From NCBI GenBank assembly GCA_965221025.1, contig CBDCRJ010000001.1:197850-261849 (forward strand): a stretch of 64,000 bases of DNA, written 5' to 3'. The stretch is from Dehalococcoidia bacterium. GTDB lineage: Bacteria; Chloroflexota; Dehalococcoidia; Lucifugimonadales; UBA3495. A program made the translations under genes and the position numbers. Each line of letters begins with the position of its first letter. Position 1 is the stretch's first letter. The notes below the pieces were generated by a model that did no database searches, was not told the origin of the DNA, and saw only the letters and a program-made list of their open reading frames with translations. Positions 52,897 to 62,838 of the stretch are shown here, piece by piece.

Positions 52897-54177
52897 ATGA
52901 AACTAGAGTTGCGGCGGCAAGCAAAATCCCACTCGCAAAAGGATTCAACCACAAAAGGTCGTGTCACGGCCGCCGAAATGTACCAAGTGCAAGATTCGTA
53001 CGTTCGGTTCAATCAGAGAGACCATATGGGCTCGCAGATGGTTTGGGATGCCCAGGTCAAAGCCGAACGAGACAAACTCAAGGTCAAGCAGCGTCAGCTT
53101 ACCGAGAAGGGACGCGCCGGATTCGAGGCCACTGCGTGGGGCCTTGACGCCGCAGCGGATTCCCTGCTGACTGTTATGAACTTCTCAAAGAATCAGGCGG
53201 ATACGAGAGCTACCGCCTGGCAAACCAAAGTGGAGCCCGCGCCGACCGGCCGGCCGACAACTACCCCTAAAGAGGCCTCCCAGATTGTGCGCAAGGCCGC
53301 CCAAGTGTTGGGAGCGGACCAAGTTGGCTTTGCTGAGTTGGACCGTCGCTGGGTGTATTCCCATTACTTCGATGAGGAGACGAAGAAGGACTACCCCATC
53401 AAGTTCTCCGATGACCCCGGTTACGAGCAGTACGACCAGCCCATTCGCCTTGACGATGGGACGCGGGTCATCCCGAAAGAGATGAAATACGTGGTGGTGT
53501 TGCTCCACGAGTGGGGTAAGGATATCGATGGCACGGAGCACGCGCCGGCCCTTCTTACTGAGGGACTAAGTACGCTGGCATATGCCCGAATGGCCCCGAC
53601 CCTGTGGATGGTGGCTGAGTTTATACGAGGGCTGGGGTACAACGCCATCCCCGCGGCCAATGACACAGCCCTGAGCATCCCGTTGGCTGTCGACGCGGGC
53701 CTCGGTCAGCTGGGTAGACACGGACTGTTGATCAACCCCAAGGTGGGTGCGCGCTGCCGTATTTCCAAGATATTCACCGACCTCCCGCTGGAGGCCGCTG
53801 GCGCCGTCGACTCCGGCATCACTGAGTTCTGCAACGCATGTCTGAAATGTGTCCCGAAGTGCGGTACGGGAGCCATCACCAAGGGCGACCGGAGTTTCGA
53901 GCCCTTGGGCCAGAGTAATTCACCGGCGGTACTTTCGTGGAAGGTGGATGCAACGAAGTGCATGACCTTCCAGAACCGCGTCGGGACCACCTGTAGCACC
54001 TGCGTCCGCAGGTGCGCTTGGACGAAGCCGCCCCACAAAGCATATGCGATACCGCGCTTCTTTATCAGGAACTTCCGGTGGCGGTGGTTAAACAAGTCCT
54101 GGGTGTGGCTCGACGATCGTGCGGGAAATGGAAAGTTTGACAAGAAGGCTAATGACTTCTGGCTGGGGGACCGTTAA
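52897..54177 (+). CDS. Reductive dehalogenase-like Fe-S protein (RdhA/QueG superfamily), no Tat signal seen
   Basis: LGADQVGFAELDRRWVYSH, IPLAVDAGLGQLGRHGLLINPKVGARCRISKIFTDLPL, CNACLKCVPKC (CxxCxxCxxxC) and CSTCVRRC. TAGGAGG lies 9 nt upstream of the ATG. Confidence 0.75.
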   Translation: MKLELRRQAKSHSQKDSTTKGRVTAAEMYQVQDSYVRFNQRDHMGSQMVWDAQVKAERDKLKVKQRQLTEKGRAGFEATAWGLDAAADSLLTVMNFSKNQADTRATAWQTKVEPAPTGRPTTTPKEASQIVRKAAQVLGADQVGFAELDRRWVYSHYFDEETKKDYPIKFSDDPGYEQYDQPIRLDDGTRVIPKEMKYVVVLLHEWGKDIDGTEHAPALLTEGLSTLAYARMAPTLWMVAEFIRGLGYNAIPAANDTALSIPLAVDAGLGQLGRHGLLINPKVGARCRISKIFTDLPLEAAGAVDSGITEFCNACLKCVPKCGTGAITKGDRSFEPLGQSNSPAVLSWKVDATKCMTFQNRVGTTCSTCVRRCAWTKPPHKAYAIPRFFIRNFRWRWLNKSWVWLDDRAGNGKFDKKANDFWLGDR

Positions 54178-54275
54178 CAGTTCCACCGCACGCTGAGGAG
54201 CAACCTGCGCGTCCGTAGCACACCGCTAGCTCGCGTTTTAGATATCGATCAACTCTCCACCACCCGCAAAATAGA

Positions 54276-54300
54276 CACCCCGGCTCAGAGAGCCGGGGTG
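54276..54300. terminator. Hairpin between convergent genes (bidirectional terminator candidate)
   Basis: caccccggctc-aga-gagccggggtg, an 11-bp perfect stem. Lies between the rdhA-like stop (54177) and the amidohydrolase stop (54499). Confidence 0.6.
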
Positions 54301-54498
54301 CCTTGCATTTGACACTCGCACTATTGTTACGAATCACTTGAATGTGTGAGGAAATTGCCAAATAGGGGTGGGGCTGACCCTTTAGACGATATCAACATTC
54401 GCCGTACAGTCCCCTTGAGCCCACCCTTGACGGCCTGCGTGTCTGTTAGGCAGAGCCGCGACACGGAGACCGGGTCCCGGCTCCGCCCAATTGCCGGG

Positions 54499-55359
54499 CT
54501 ACTCGCTCGTGCCAGGCGACCAGTTGTATATCTTCTGGAGTGTTCCGCCCATGAGTTCGGACCGCTCCGCGTCCGAGAGTTGGTCGGTAACCCGGAATGC
54601 CTCAACCCCCTGCTCGAAGTTCAACAGCCTCACCGCCCGGGTCCAGTCGGTACCCCACATACATCGGTCGAAGCCGAACGCGTCGAATACCTGCCCTAGC
54701 GGCTCCCAGATGTCCGGGTAAGGAAAGGGCTGATGGGACAGGGTGCAGGCCCCGGAAATCTTGATGGCCACGTTGTCGCATTCTGCCAGCGAGAGCACGT
54801 TGGCCAGATCGGCAAACGGTTCCGGCGGCGCCGGCGGCTGGAAGGGCTGAGCAAGACCCACGTGATCGATCACCACCTGGGTGTCCGGATGGCGGCGGGC
54901 CAGCTCACGTAAAAGAGGCAGCTTGCCCGAAGCCATGACATTTACCGGAACGCCGGCTTGGGCGCCAGCGGCGAGTATCGCATTAAGACCCGGGTCGTCC
55001 GCTTCGAATGGCTGGGCCACAAGCATGACGCGGGCTCCGACGACACCCGGCGTCCCAGTCCACTCAGCCATGTCGTCAGCGATCGTTTCCGACTGGGGAT
55101 CAAACGGCCTGATCAGTCCGAACCGGCCCGGATGTTGCGCGTATACCTCTAGGGCATAGCTGGCATCGTAGCCATACAAAGAGAACGGCGAAATCAGCAA
55201 AGCGCCGTCGACCCCGACTGCGTCCATCGCTGCCACCATATCGTCGCCCGTGACCTCATCAGGACCTTCCAAAAACGCTCTCCAAGGACGTTCAGGATGG
55301 TTTCGCTCGTAGGCATGTACTTGTACGTCAATTGTGGGAGTCCGAATAGCCATCGTCAT
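54499..55359 (-). CDS. Amidohydrolase-2 (TIM-barrel metal-dependent hydrolase) family protein
   Basis: IDVQVHAYE near the N-terminus, VVIDHVGLAQP and CMWGTDWTRA near the C-terminus. Confidence 0.85.
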   Translation of the reverse strand: MTMAIRTPTIDVQVHAYERNHPERPWRAFLEGPDEVTGDDMVAAMDAVGVDGALLISPFSLYGYDASYALEVYAQHPGRFGLIRPFDPQSETIADDMAEWTGTPGVVGARVMLVAQPFEADDPGLNAILAAGAQAGVPVNVMASGKLPLLRELARRHPDTQVVIDHVGLAQPFQPPAPPEPFADLANVLSLAECDNVAIKISGACTLSHQPFPYPDIWEPLGQVFDAFGFDRCMWGTDWTRAVRLLNFEQGVEAFRVTDQLSDAERSELMGGTLQKIYNWSPGTSE

Positions 55360-55580
55360 TCTCCTTGTTTACCTGCTTCCGGTAGTTGTACCATCAGTTA
55401 TGTAACTCCGACAAGCTCCTGGACCTGGTTATCGGGCGACATGTCCGCCGGCGGCACTATCGGCGGTGCCGCCCTCCTCAGTAACCAGCTTACGTATGTA
55501 TTCCAAACCCTGTCTCTGTCGCGACAGGTTTTCCCTAAATGGCCCGCAGGCCGTGTCCCAATCGAAGGGTTGAAGGGTAG

Positions 55581-56540
55581 ATGATGGAACCTATCGATTT
55601 TGGCGCAATTTTCCCCAACGGGCTGAATATAGATGATGCTTTTGATTTGCTGTGGCCTGCGGCGACCTATGTCCTCGGCATCGCCGTGTACGCCCTTTTT
55701 GTTTTCAAGTTCTATCGGTTCGTTGCCTCCCGGGACATGTTCGAGTTGGACCTGTCCAAGTATGAAGAGTCGCGCCACCAGTGGGTGCGGGGCTTCCTCC
55801 AGGTCGTCATGTACGGCGCGAAATACGTTATCTTATTTCCGGCGTTCGCCTTTTTCTGGTTCGCAGTCCTCACGTTAATCTTGACTTTCCTCTCGAGAGG
55901 CCAGCCGTTTGCGGATATTCTGCTGATAGCCTTGGCCACGGTCAGCGCCATTCGTGTGACCGCATACTACAACGAAGACCTGTCCCGGGACCTAGCCAAG
56001 ATTCTGCCCTTCGCGGTACTGGCGATTTTCCTGATTGATGCGTCCTTCTTCAAGATTGACGAGTCCATAGAGGTACTGAAGGAGGCCAATGACAACCGGG
56101 AGGGCATCTTCTACTATTTACTGCTTCTCATCGCGGTGGAGTTTGTGTTGCGGTTCATCTTGGCGGTTGTTGCGTTCCTCGTTTCACTGAGAAAACGCAT
56201 CTTCAACGGTCGTTCAGCCGGCGGCGACGATGATGCGCCCCAGGCCCCGCCGGACGGAGAACCATCGCCAGAAGAAGAGGACCAAGCCCCGCCGGAAGGA
56301 GGACCGTCGCAAGAAGAAACAGACCAAGCCGACGACGCCGATGATGCGCCCCCGTCCTCGCCGGAAGGAGAACCGTCGCAAGAAGAAGCGGACCAAGCCG
56401 ACGACGCCGATGATGCGCCCCCGTCCTCGCCGGAAGGAGAACCGTCGCAAGAAGAAGCGGACCAAGCCGACGGCGACGATGATGAGCCCCCACCATCCGA
56501 GGAAGGGGACCTAGACGCTGCGGATTCAACCCATCACTGA
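55581..56540 (+). CDS. Polytopic membrane protein with an acidic repetitive C-terminal tail
   Basis: Several hydrophobic helices. The tail carries DQADDADDAPPSSPEGEPSQEEA repeats, including a 69-bp unit repeated twice at about 56321-56458. Confidence 0.7.
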   Translation: MMEPIDFGAIFPNGLNIDDAFDLLWPAATYVLGIAVYALFVFKFYRFVASRDMFELDLSKYEESRHQWVRGFLQVVMYGAKYVILFPAFAFFWFAVLTLILTFLSRGQPFADILLIALATVSAIRVTAYYNEDLSRDLAKILPFAVLAIFLIDASFFKIDESIEVLKEANDNREGIFYYLLLLIAVEFVLRFILAVVAFLVSLRKRIFNGRSAGGDDDAPQAPPDGEPSPEEEDQAPPEGGPSQEETDQADDADDAPPSSPEGEPSQEEADQADDADDAPPSSPEGEPSQEEADQADGDDDEPPPSEEGDLDAADSTHH

Positions 56541-56770
56541 CGTTACGCCCCGTGATGCCGGCCATGATTAAGTCGCCGCTTGGAGAATTATTCACCCCAA
56601 CACTGCATTGCGATCATCCATTTGTTCACACAGTAAGCGAGGCGACCACTACGTATTATAAAAATCTCCGCGCTCTCTGCGGTTAATCTAACTCCGGTTA
56701 TGTTGACATCAAGATTGCCGTCCGGCACAATCGCCGGTATCCGTAGCAATGTCCCGATAGGAGTTCAGTT

Positions 56771-58054
56771 ATGTTGAAAACGGGCCACGTCGTGGTGCGG
56801 CCGGGCCGCAGATACGGAGACGACCCGGTGGAAATACCGGTGCCGGAGGAATTGGAAACCGTTCCCGGCATCCCAATGGTCAGAAAGGACATCGATTTTT
56901 ACAGCCGCGAGTACCCTCTGCAACGCCAACAGGTGGAACACGCCGCCGACACCGAGTGGGCGCCCGACGTGGGCACCGAAGCCATGAAGGCCTACAAGGT
57001 CGAGCACGACACGGTTATGGAGGAGTTCTATCCGCTGATGAACCGCACCGGCGAACTTGAGCCCACGGGCGTTTCCACCGGCAAGGACGTTACCGAGTTG
57101 GTCCGTCAGCGGGCCCGGGAGATGGGCTACCTCGAGGTCGGTTTCACCGCTCACGATCTCCGATATGTCTACGAGGACCGCCGGGCCCACGTGAAATACC
57201 CCAACGCCATATGTCTGGCCTTGGAACAGGACTTCGAGGAAACCCAGTCCGCCCCCAGCATGGCTGCCGAGCACGGCCACTACGGCACCTACGAGATCCA
57301 GGCTCCGATGGGCTTGGAGTTATGCGATTACATCCGCTCCTTGGGTTACCATGCCCAAGTCCACGGCCCCAGCAACCACAGCGCGGCCACCATTCCGATG
57401 TTCGTCGCCGCCGGGCTGGGCCAGTTGGGCGCCAACGGCCAGTTACTCACCCCCCACGCCGGGGCCCGATGCCGCCTCCAGATCATTACCACCGATGCCC
57501 CGGTCACATTCGACGAGCCAGTGGACTACGGCTTCCACGCCTTCTGCCAAGTCTGCCAGGTGTGCGTCAACCGGTGCCCCGGCCGCGCGTTGATGCGGGA
57601 GAAGATATGGTGGCGCGGCGTGGAAAAAAACAAACTCGTGTACAAGCGCTGTCGTCCGGTTATGTCAAGGTACGAGGGCTGCGCCATTTGCATGAAGGTC
57701 TGCCCCATCAACAAGTACGGCGCCAAGTCCGTGATGGAGCACTACATCCAGACCGGTCTGGTCTTGGGCAAAGGGACCCATGACCTGGAAGGCTATACTC
57801 TCAACGAAGAGAGCACCGGCTCCTACGCCACCGGCTACTTCGGCCCCGGCGAGTTGCCAACCTTCAACGCCGAGTTCTTCAAGATTCCCACCGGGACCCG
57901 GGAGGCGGCGGCCCTGGACGGGTTCATCGACTACATTAAGGAAAACAAGGACGTGCTCGACCGGCCAGAGGACGACCAAGCCCTGTTCGATTTCCGCGAC
58001 CGGATGCGGAAGATCGTCTGGGGCGTTGACGTTAGCGACAGCACGATGTTCTAA
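56771..58054 (+). CDS. Reductive dehalogenase-like Fe-S protein (second paralogue)
   Basis: IPMFVAAGLGQLGANGQLLTPHAGARCRLQIITTDAPV, CQVCQVCVNRCP (CxxCxxCxxxCP) and CAICMKVCP. AGGAG lies 7 nt upstream. Confidence 0.8.
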   Translation: MLKTGHVVVRPGRRYGDDPVEIPVPEELETVPGIPMVRKDIDFYSREYPLQRQQVEHAADTEWAPDVGTEAMKAYKVEHDTVMEEFYPLMNRTGELEPTGVSTGKDVTELVRQRAREMGYLEVGFTAHDLRYVYEDRRAHVKYPNAICLALEQDFEETQSAPSMAAEHGHYGTYEIQAPMGLELCDYIRSLGYHAQVHGPSNHSAATIPMFVAAGLGQLGANGQLLTPHAGARCRLQIITTDAPVTFDEPVDYGFHAFCQVCQVCVNRCPGRALMREKIWWRGVEKNKLVYKRCRPVMSRYEGCAICMKVCPINKYGAKSVMEHYIQTGLVLGKGTHDLEGYTLNEESTGSYATGYFGPGELPTFNAEFFKIPTGTREAAALDGFIDYIKENKDVLDRPEDDQALFDFRDRMRKIVWGVDVSDSTMF

Positions 58055-58080
58055 ACTTAACCCGGAGTTGGCAACCGGAG

Positions 58081-58112
58081 CGAGGGAGCAAGACGGCGAT
58101 CTTGCTCCCTCG
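58081..58112 (+). terminator. Intrinsic-terminator-like hairpin after the second rdhA-like gene
   Basis: cgagggagcaag-acggcgat-cttgctccctcg (12-bp stem), followed by tttcat. Confidence 0.55.
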
Positions 58113-58131
58113 TTTCATAACTGAGCCAAGT

Positions 58132-58782
58132 ATGGAAAAGACCGACAAACCGCACGACAAACGACCCGATAGCCAGACTTGGTGGGCTGAGGGAGACCTG
58201 TTCGAAGGGTGCAACTGCAACCTGCTGTGTCCCTGCCACGTTACCTTTCGCCAGCCCCCCACCAATCCCTATTGCGAGGCTATCTGGGGCCTCACCATAG
58301 AACGGGGCCGGTTCGGGAATACCGGTCTGGCCGGCCTGAGCGCCGTGGTGTTCGTACACTCCCCGGGGCCGACCATGGCCGATGGCGACTGGACGGCGGT
58401 GCTGTACATCGACGACCAAGCCAACGAAGAACAATTCGACGCCCTCCAATCAATATTCAACGGAGAGGCCGGCGGCCCTTGGGGGCGATTGGCCCAGTTC
58501 TTTCATGGCGGGCGTTATGCCGAGATCGGCCGGAAACCGCTGGAAATTACCATCGACGCCAGATCGCGTTCTCTCAAGGTGTCGGAGCAGCTATTCCTAG
58601 AGGTGGAAGCGATCCGGGGCGGCGACCGGGAAGGCGTGGCAACGATCACCAACCTGCGCAACGTGGTCCACGGTCCGGAGCACGTTTTGGCCCGCTCCAA
58701 CCAGAACGTGACTGGCGGCGGCCTGAACTGGGTGGCCGAGGGCAAGCACGGGCTCTACAGCCGCTTCTACTGGCAGGGATAG
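58132..58782 (+). CDS. DUF1326-like protein
   Basis: WWAEGDLFEGCNCNLLCPCH is the characteristic N-terminal Cys motif. ATG 58132 chosen (M11 of the ORF). Confidence 0.7.
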   Translation: MEKTDKPHDKRPDSQTWWAEGDLFEGCNCNLLCPCHVTFRQPPTNPYCEAIWGLTIERGRFGNTGLAGLSAVVFVHSPGPTMADGDWTAVLYIDDQANEEQFDALQSIFNGEAGGPWGRLAQFFHGGRYAEIGRKPLEITIDARSRSLKVSEQLFLEVEAIRGGDREGVATITNLRNVVHGPEHVLARSNQNVTGGGLNWVAEGKHGLYSRFYWQG

Positions 58783-58845
58783 GACGTTCACCGCGGAGAA
58801 CGTGGAGTTTTTTTGGCGCATGGCAGACGCTATCGAGGTGGTTTC

Positions 58846-60081
58846 TTAGGCGGCTCCGGCCAAGGAATCGTGATAGACCTGTCCCTCTTTTATCACCAAC
58901 TGGATCCGGTGATTATCTTGGAGAATGGTGATGTCGGCCTGAGGGTCGCCGTCCACCACCACCAGGTCGGCCAGTTTGCCAGTCTCGATTGTGCCCAGTT
59001 CGGAGCCAAGCCCCAGGCAGCCGGCGGCCCAACTGGTCCCGGCTATCAGGGACTGCATAGGAGTCATTCCGGCAGCCACCAGCAACTCCAGCTCTTGGGC
59101 GTTGTTACCGTGGACCCAGCCCCCGGCGTCGGTGCCGGCCACTACCTTGACCCCGGCGTCGAGCGCTTTTTGCACCGTCTCCACATGATGGTGTTTGAAG
59201 GCCGCAGACTCCGCTTGGGCTACAGGGTTGCCCCTTGTCTCGTGAAAGGTGAACACGGCCAGGGTGGGCACCAAGTAGATATCCTGGTCGGCCATCATCT
59301 TCAACAGGTCAGGCTCTAGGTCGAGGTAGCACCCGTGCTCAATGGAATCGACCCCGGCTTCGACGGCGGTGCGCAGTCCTGGGCCGCCGATGGCGTGGCA
59401 GGCCACCTTGCGGCCTTGGGCGTGGGACTCCTCCACCAAGGCGCGCAACTCCTCCAGACTGTAGGCGGCGGTGGAGTCGCGATGTATCGCGTTGCCGAAA
59501 CCGGTCTGGAAAACCTTGGTCACGTCGGCGCCCGCCCGCGCGTTTTCCCGCACGGCGGCCCGGACTCCGTCTACGCCGTCGGCGATGCCGTTGGGTATGT
59601 TTGGGTCGGGCGTGTCAGTCCGCCGGTAGCCCGATGGTGCGGGACGGTCAGCCACTCCGTGGGTCGGCGCCAAGGGTCCCGCGGCTACCAACAGCCGGGG
59701 CCCGGCTATCAATCCCTGTTCCACGGCTACCCGGAACCCGGCGTCCAGCCAGCCGCAGTCCCGGACCGTGGTGTAGCCGGTGCGAAGTGTGTCTTCCAAC
59801 GCCCGGGCAATGCGCACGGTGCGGGTGCTGCGCGGCTCCGACAGCCCCCAACGGCTCGCCATGTCGTAGGTGAAGGAGGCAAGATGGTCATGGCAATCGA
59901 TCAATCCGGGCAGGAGGGTCTTGCCGGTTATGTCCACTTGGGTATAGCCGTCCGGGACTGGGACGGCGGCCCGGGGCCCGACAGCCTCGATGCGATGTTG
60001 GTCACCAACCAAAACTGTGGAGTCGGGTATGGGGTTGCGGCCGGCGCCGTCGATCAGCGTTCCACCAACTAACGCTAACAT
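58846..60081 (-). CDS. Amidohydrolase family protein (metal-dependent, Xaa-Pro dipeptidase/imidazolonepropionase-like)
   Basis: LLPGLIDCHDHL (HxH-type site), VACHAIG and GTDAGG, with the C-terminal TGKLADLVVVDGDP. Confidence 0.85.
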   Translation of the reverse strand: MLALVGGTLIDGAGRNPIPDSTVLVGDQHRIEAVGPRAAVPVPDGYTQVDITGKTLLPGLIDCHDHLASFTYDMASRWGLSEPRSTRTVRIARALEDTLRTGYTTVRDCGWLDAGFRVAVEQGLIAGPRLLVAAGPLAPTHGVADRPAPSGYRRTDTPDPNIPNGIADGVDGVRAAVRENARAGADVTKVFQTGFGNAIHRDSTAAYSLEELRALVEESHAQGRKVACHAIGGPGLRTAVEAGVDSIEHGCYLDLEPDLLKMMADQDIYLVPTLAVFTFHETRGNPVAQAESAAFKHHHVETVQKALDAGVKVVAGTDAGGWVHGNNAQELELLVAAGMTPMQSLIAGTSWAAGCLGLGSELGTIETGKLADLVVVDGDPQADITILQDNHRIQLVIKEGQVYHDSLAGAA

Positions 60082-60225
60082 TCACTTACCTCCAAGAGCG
60101 GCCAACCCTGAGGGGCCCGACTGGCGGGGCCGTCGGGACTGCCGGACTAAAGTTGGGTATTAGTTGCTATCATATCCCAGACCGGCGATATGCTAAAGCC
60201 GGTATATTCGCCAAGGAGTTTGCCC

Positions 60226-60618
60226 ATGACCCGCCAATTTATCAACCCGCCGGACTTGGCCGCCCCTCCTGCCCAGCTTTACAACCATGTTGTCAAGGTT
60301 GGCAAAACCGTCTATATCGCGGGACAGTTGTCCCGCGGCTTGGACGGCAAGACTTTGTATCCCGGCGATCCCGCGGCCCAGATACGCCAAGTGTGGGCGA
60401 ACCTGGAAATCGCCGTGAGGGCGGCCGGCGGAACCCTGCAGGACATCGTCAAGACCAACACCTACGTGGTTGGCGCCGAGAACTTGGCCCCAATCCGCGA
60501 GGTGCGCCAATCGTTGCTGCCCGCCGAGGGGCGCCCCACCAGCACCACGGTGGTGGTGGCCGGCTTGGCCGACCCAGCCTGCTTGGTAGAGGTTGAAGCG
60601 GTGGCTGAATTGCGCTGA
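60226..60618 (+). CDS. RidA/YjgF-family protein
   Basis: YNHVVKVGKTVYIAGQLS, VKTNTYV and LVEVEAVA. AAGGAG lies 7 nt upstream of ATG 60226. Confidence 0.85.
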   Translation: MTRQFINPPDLAAPPAQLYNHVVKVGKTVYIAGQLSRGLDGKTLYPGDPAAQIRQVWANLEIAVRAAGGTLQDIVKTNTYVVGAENLAPIREVRQSLLPAEGRPTSTTVVVAGLADPACLVEVEAVAELR

Positions 60619-60674
60619 CGGGACCCGGTCTTGGACGCTTCCGGTGTTCCGGGGTTCTTGGTGGGCTGGCCGCT

Positions 60675-61589
60675 TCATGCGGGCCGTTCGGGGTTCTGCA
60701 GCCTCACTTCCACCCCGGAGCGCTCTTCTTGCAACGTGAGAACGATGGAACTGTCCCGGTCTCCCCAACCGCGCTCCATGGCTTGGATGTAGAGATCGCG
60801 GCACACTTCAGCCAGAGGCATGGGCACACCGAATGCATCGGCCAGCTCGGCGCCGAGCCCCAGGTCTTTCTGAGCAATGCGAAGCGCAAACCGGGGGTTG
60901 AAATCGCCGCGGAAGAAAGTGTCGGGCAGCCGCGTGCTCAGATTGCTCATCCGGCCGATGGCGCCGTTTCGGAACACATCGACTATGGTATCGGGCGGCA
61001 CCCCCGATTTTATCGCCAGCGTCCAACATTCGTTCATGGCCATATCGGCGCAAAACACGGCGGTGTTGTGCATGATCTTGCAAATGCAGCCATTGCCGAT
61101 GCCTCCGGTGTGCTTGACCCGTTCCCCGATTGCTTCCAAGACCGGGAGGCATCGTTGGAACGTTTCTTCGTCGCCGCCGACCATGACCAGCAGATCGCGG
61201 ACCATGGCTCCCTCGACTCCTCCGCTGACCGGGGCGTCCAGCATGGCCACACTCTTCTCCGCGAATGCTTGGTGGACCCGCCGGACCAAGAGGGGTGAGT
61301 TGGTGGTGTGGTCGATGTAGACCGATCCCTCCTTAGCCCCTTCCAGGATGCCGCCGGGGCCGAGGGTCACCGGTTCCATTTCCGCCGGTCCAGGCAGACA
61401 GGAGCAAATTACGCCGCACTGGGCGGCCAACTCTTGGGGCGAATCGGCCCAATGAGCGCCTTGGCCGATTAGCGGTTCGGCCTTTTCTTTGACAATGTCA
61501 TGGACCACCAGCTCGAACCCGGCGTTGAGGATGTTGGCGGCCATGGGGGCGCCGATGTTGCCGGTGCCAATAAACCCGACGCGCATCAC
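60675..61589 (-). CDS. NAD(P)-binding 3-hydroxyisobutyrate/6-phosphogluconate dehydrogenase-like oxidoreductase
   Basis: RVGFIGTGNIGAPMAANI Rossmann start, DAPVSGG and GNGCICKIMHN. Confidence 0.85.
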   Translation of the reverse strand: MMRVGFIGTGNIGAPMAANILNAGFELVVHDIVKEKAEPLIGQGAHWADSPQELAAQCGVICSCLPGPAEMEPVTLGPGGILEGAKEGSVYIDHTTNSPLLVRRVHQAFAEKSVAMLDAPVSGGVEGAMVRDLLVMVGGDEETFQRCLPVLEAIGERVKHTGGIGNGCICKIMHNTAVFCADMAMNECWTLAIKSGVPPDTIVDVFRNGAIGRMSNLSTRLPDTFFRGDFNPRFALRIAQKDLGLGAELADAFGVPMPLAEVCRDLYIQAMERGWGDRDSSIVLTLQEERSGVEVRLQNPERPA

Positions 61590-61699
61590 TTTCCTCCGGC
61601 GGTAATGTGAAGGTGGAGAATACGTAGGGAGGCAAAGACGGGATCGGTCCGCTCTTTGCCTCCCTCTTGTTCCGCGGCGGCCGCAGCGTTTGATCTATT

Positions 61700-62827
61700 T
61701 CAGGCTAGCTGATACAGCCTGGCGGGGTTATCCCAGAGAATGCGGCGCTTGCTTTCGTCGGAAAGGGGCAGCTTCAGGAAAGTATCGATGGTGTGAGGGT
61801 ATTTGGCGTCGCCGTGGGGATAGTCGCTGGTGGTGAGCAGGCGCTCGTCGCCGGCCGCTTCCACCACATGGGAGACGAACGCCTCTTCGCACTCGACGGC
61901 GGCGTAGCCCTGCCGGTTAAAGTACTCGGACGGCAGCATCTTCAGCTGCTCCATTTCTCCGTAAGGGCTTCTCCACTCGTAGTGTTCATCCATGCGGCCC
62001 AGCCAGAAAGGCAGCCAACCGCATTGGCCTTCCAGGAAGGCGAACTGCAACCGTGGGAATCGTTCCATTACGCCGCCCATGATGATGTCCATGCAGCACA
62101 TCATCTGCTCAATGGAGTGGGTGGCGATGTGAGCGATGCCCAGGTCGTCGGGGAACCGGTCGGCGCCGGCGGCGGGCATACGGGAGCCAGTGGTCTCGTG
62201 GAAGCCGACCGGAACGCCCAAGTCTTGCACGGTGGCCCACAGCGGATCGTAATGAGGGTCGTGCCAGGAACGCCCGTTGTACATGTTTGGCCGCAGGAAC
62301 ACTGCCTTGAAGCCGAGGTCCCGGACGCAGCGTTGGGCTTCGAGAACAGCCGTTTCCACGTCGTGGGGCGAGAGGGCCGCCACGCCGAACATCCGGCTGG
62401 GGCCACCCTCCTGGATGTAATCGTAGAGCCAATTGTTGTAGGCTCGGCAGGCGGCTTCGGCGAAGCGGGGGTCCATTCCGTTACGGGCGGTGATGTACAT
62501 GCCAGACGTGGGGTAAAGCACCGCTAGATCCAGCCCCTCCCTGTCCATCGCTCGAATCTGAGAAGCCGGGTCAAAGTTGACGGCGATTTCTTCGGCGTAC
62601 CGCTCCGCCAGGGTGTCTTCCTCCTCGTTGCTTCGGGCCGGCCAGTTGTAGTCGCTCATGCTGGCCATCACGTCGCCTTCGACGACGGTGCGTATGTCCC
62701 AGCGACGTTCGTTGAGCCGACGGGGAGCCCGGTCTTTGAACTCCGGGTCAATGTATTTCTCCCACAGGTCCACTGGTTCCATAACGTGTAGTTCGGCGTC
62801 GATTATCTTGAACCCATTCTTGGCCAT
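61700..62827 (-). CDS. Amidohydrolase-2 family protein (ACMSD-like)
   Basis: IIDAELHVMEP, VGFHETTG and SDYPHGD metal-ligand contexts. Confidence 0.85.
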   Translation of the reverse strand: MAKNGFKIIDAELHVMEPVDLWEKYIDPEFKDRAPRRLNERRWDIRTVVEGDVMASMSDYNWPARSNEEEDTLAERYAEEIAVNFDPASQIRAMDREGLDLAVLYPTSGMYITARNGMDPRFAEAACRAYNNWLYDYIQEGGPSRMFGVAALSPHDVETAVLEAQRCVRDLGFKAVFLRPNMYNGRSWHDPHYDPLWATVQDLGVPVGFHETTGSRMPAAGADRFPDDLGIAHIATHSIEQMMCCMDIIMGGVMERFPRLQFAFLEGQCGWLPFWLGRMDEHYEWRSPYGEMEQLKMLPSEYFNRQGYAAVECEEAFVSHVVEAAGDERLLTTSDYPHGDAKYPHTIDTFLKLPLSDESKRRILWDNPARLYQLA

Positions 62828-62838
62828 GATTAATACTC

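Noticed and set aside
54266-54277. 12-nt match gcaaaatagaca to the module operator region, next to the 54276 hairpin.
   Set aside because: It is a single half-site without the palindromic partner and overlaps a terminator stem. It is probably fortuitous, though a motif scan could revisit this.
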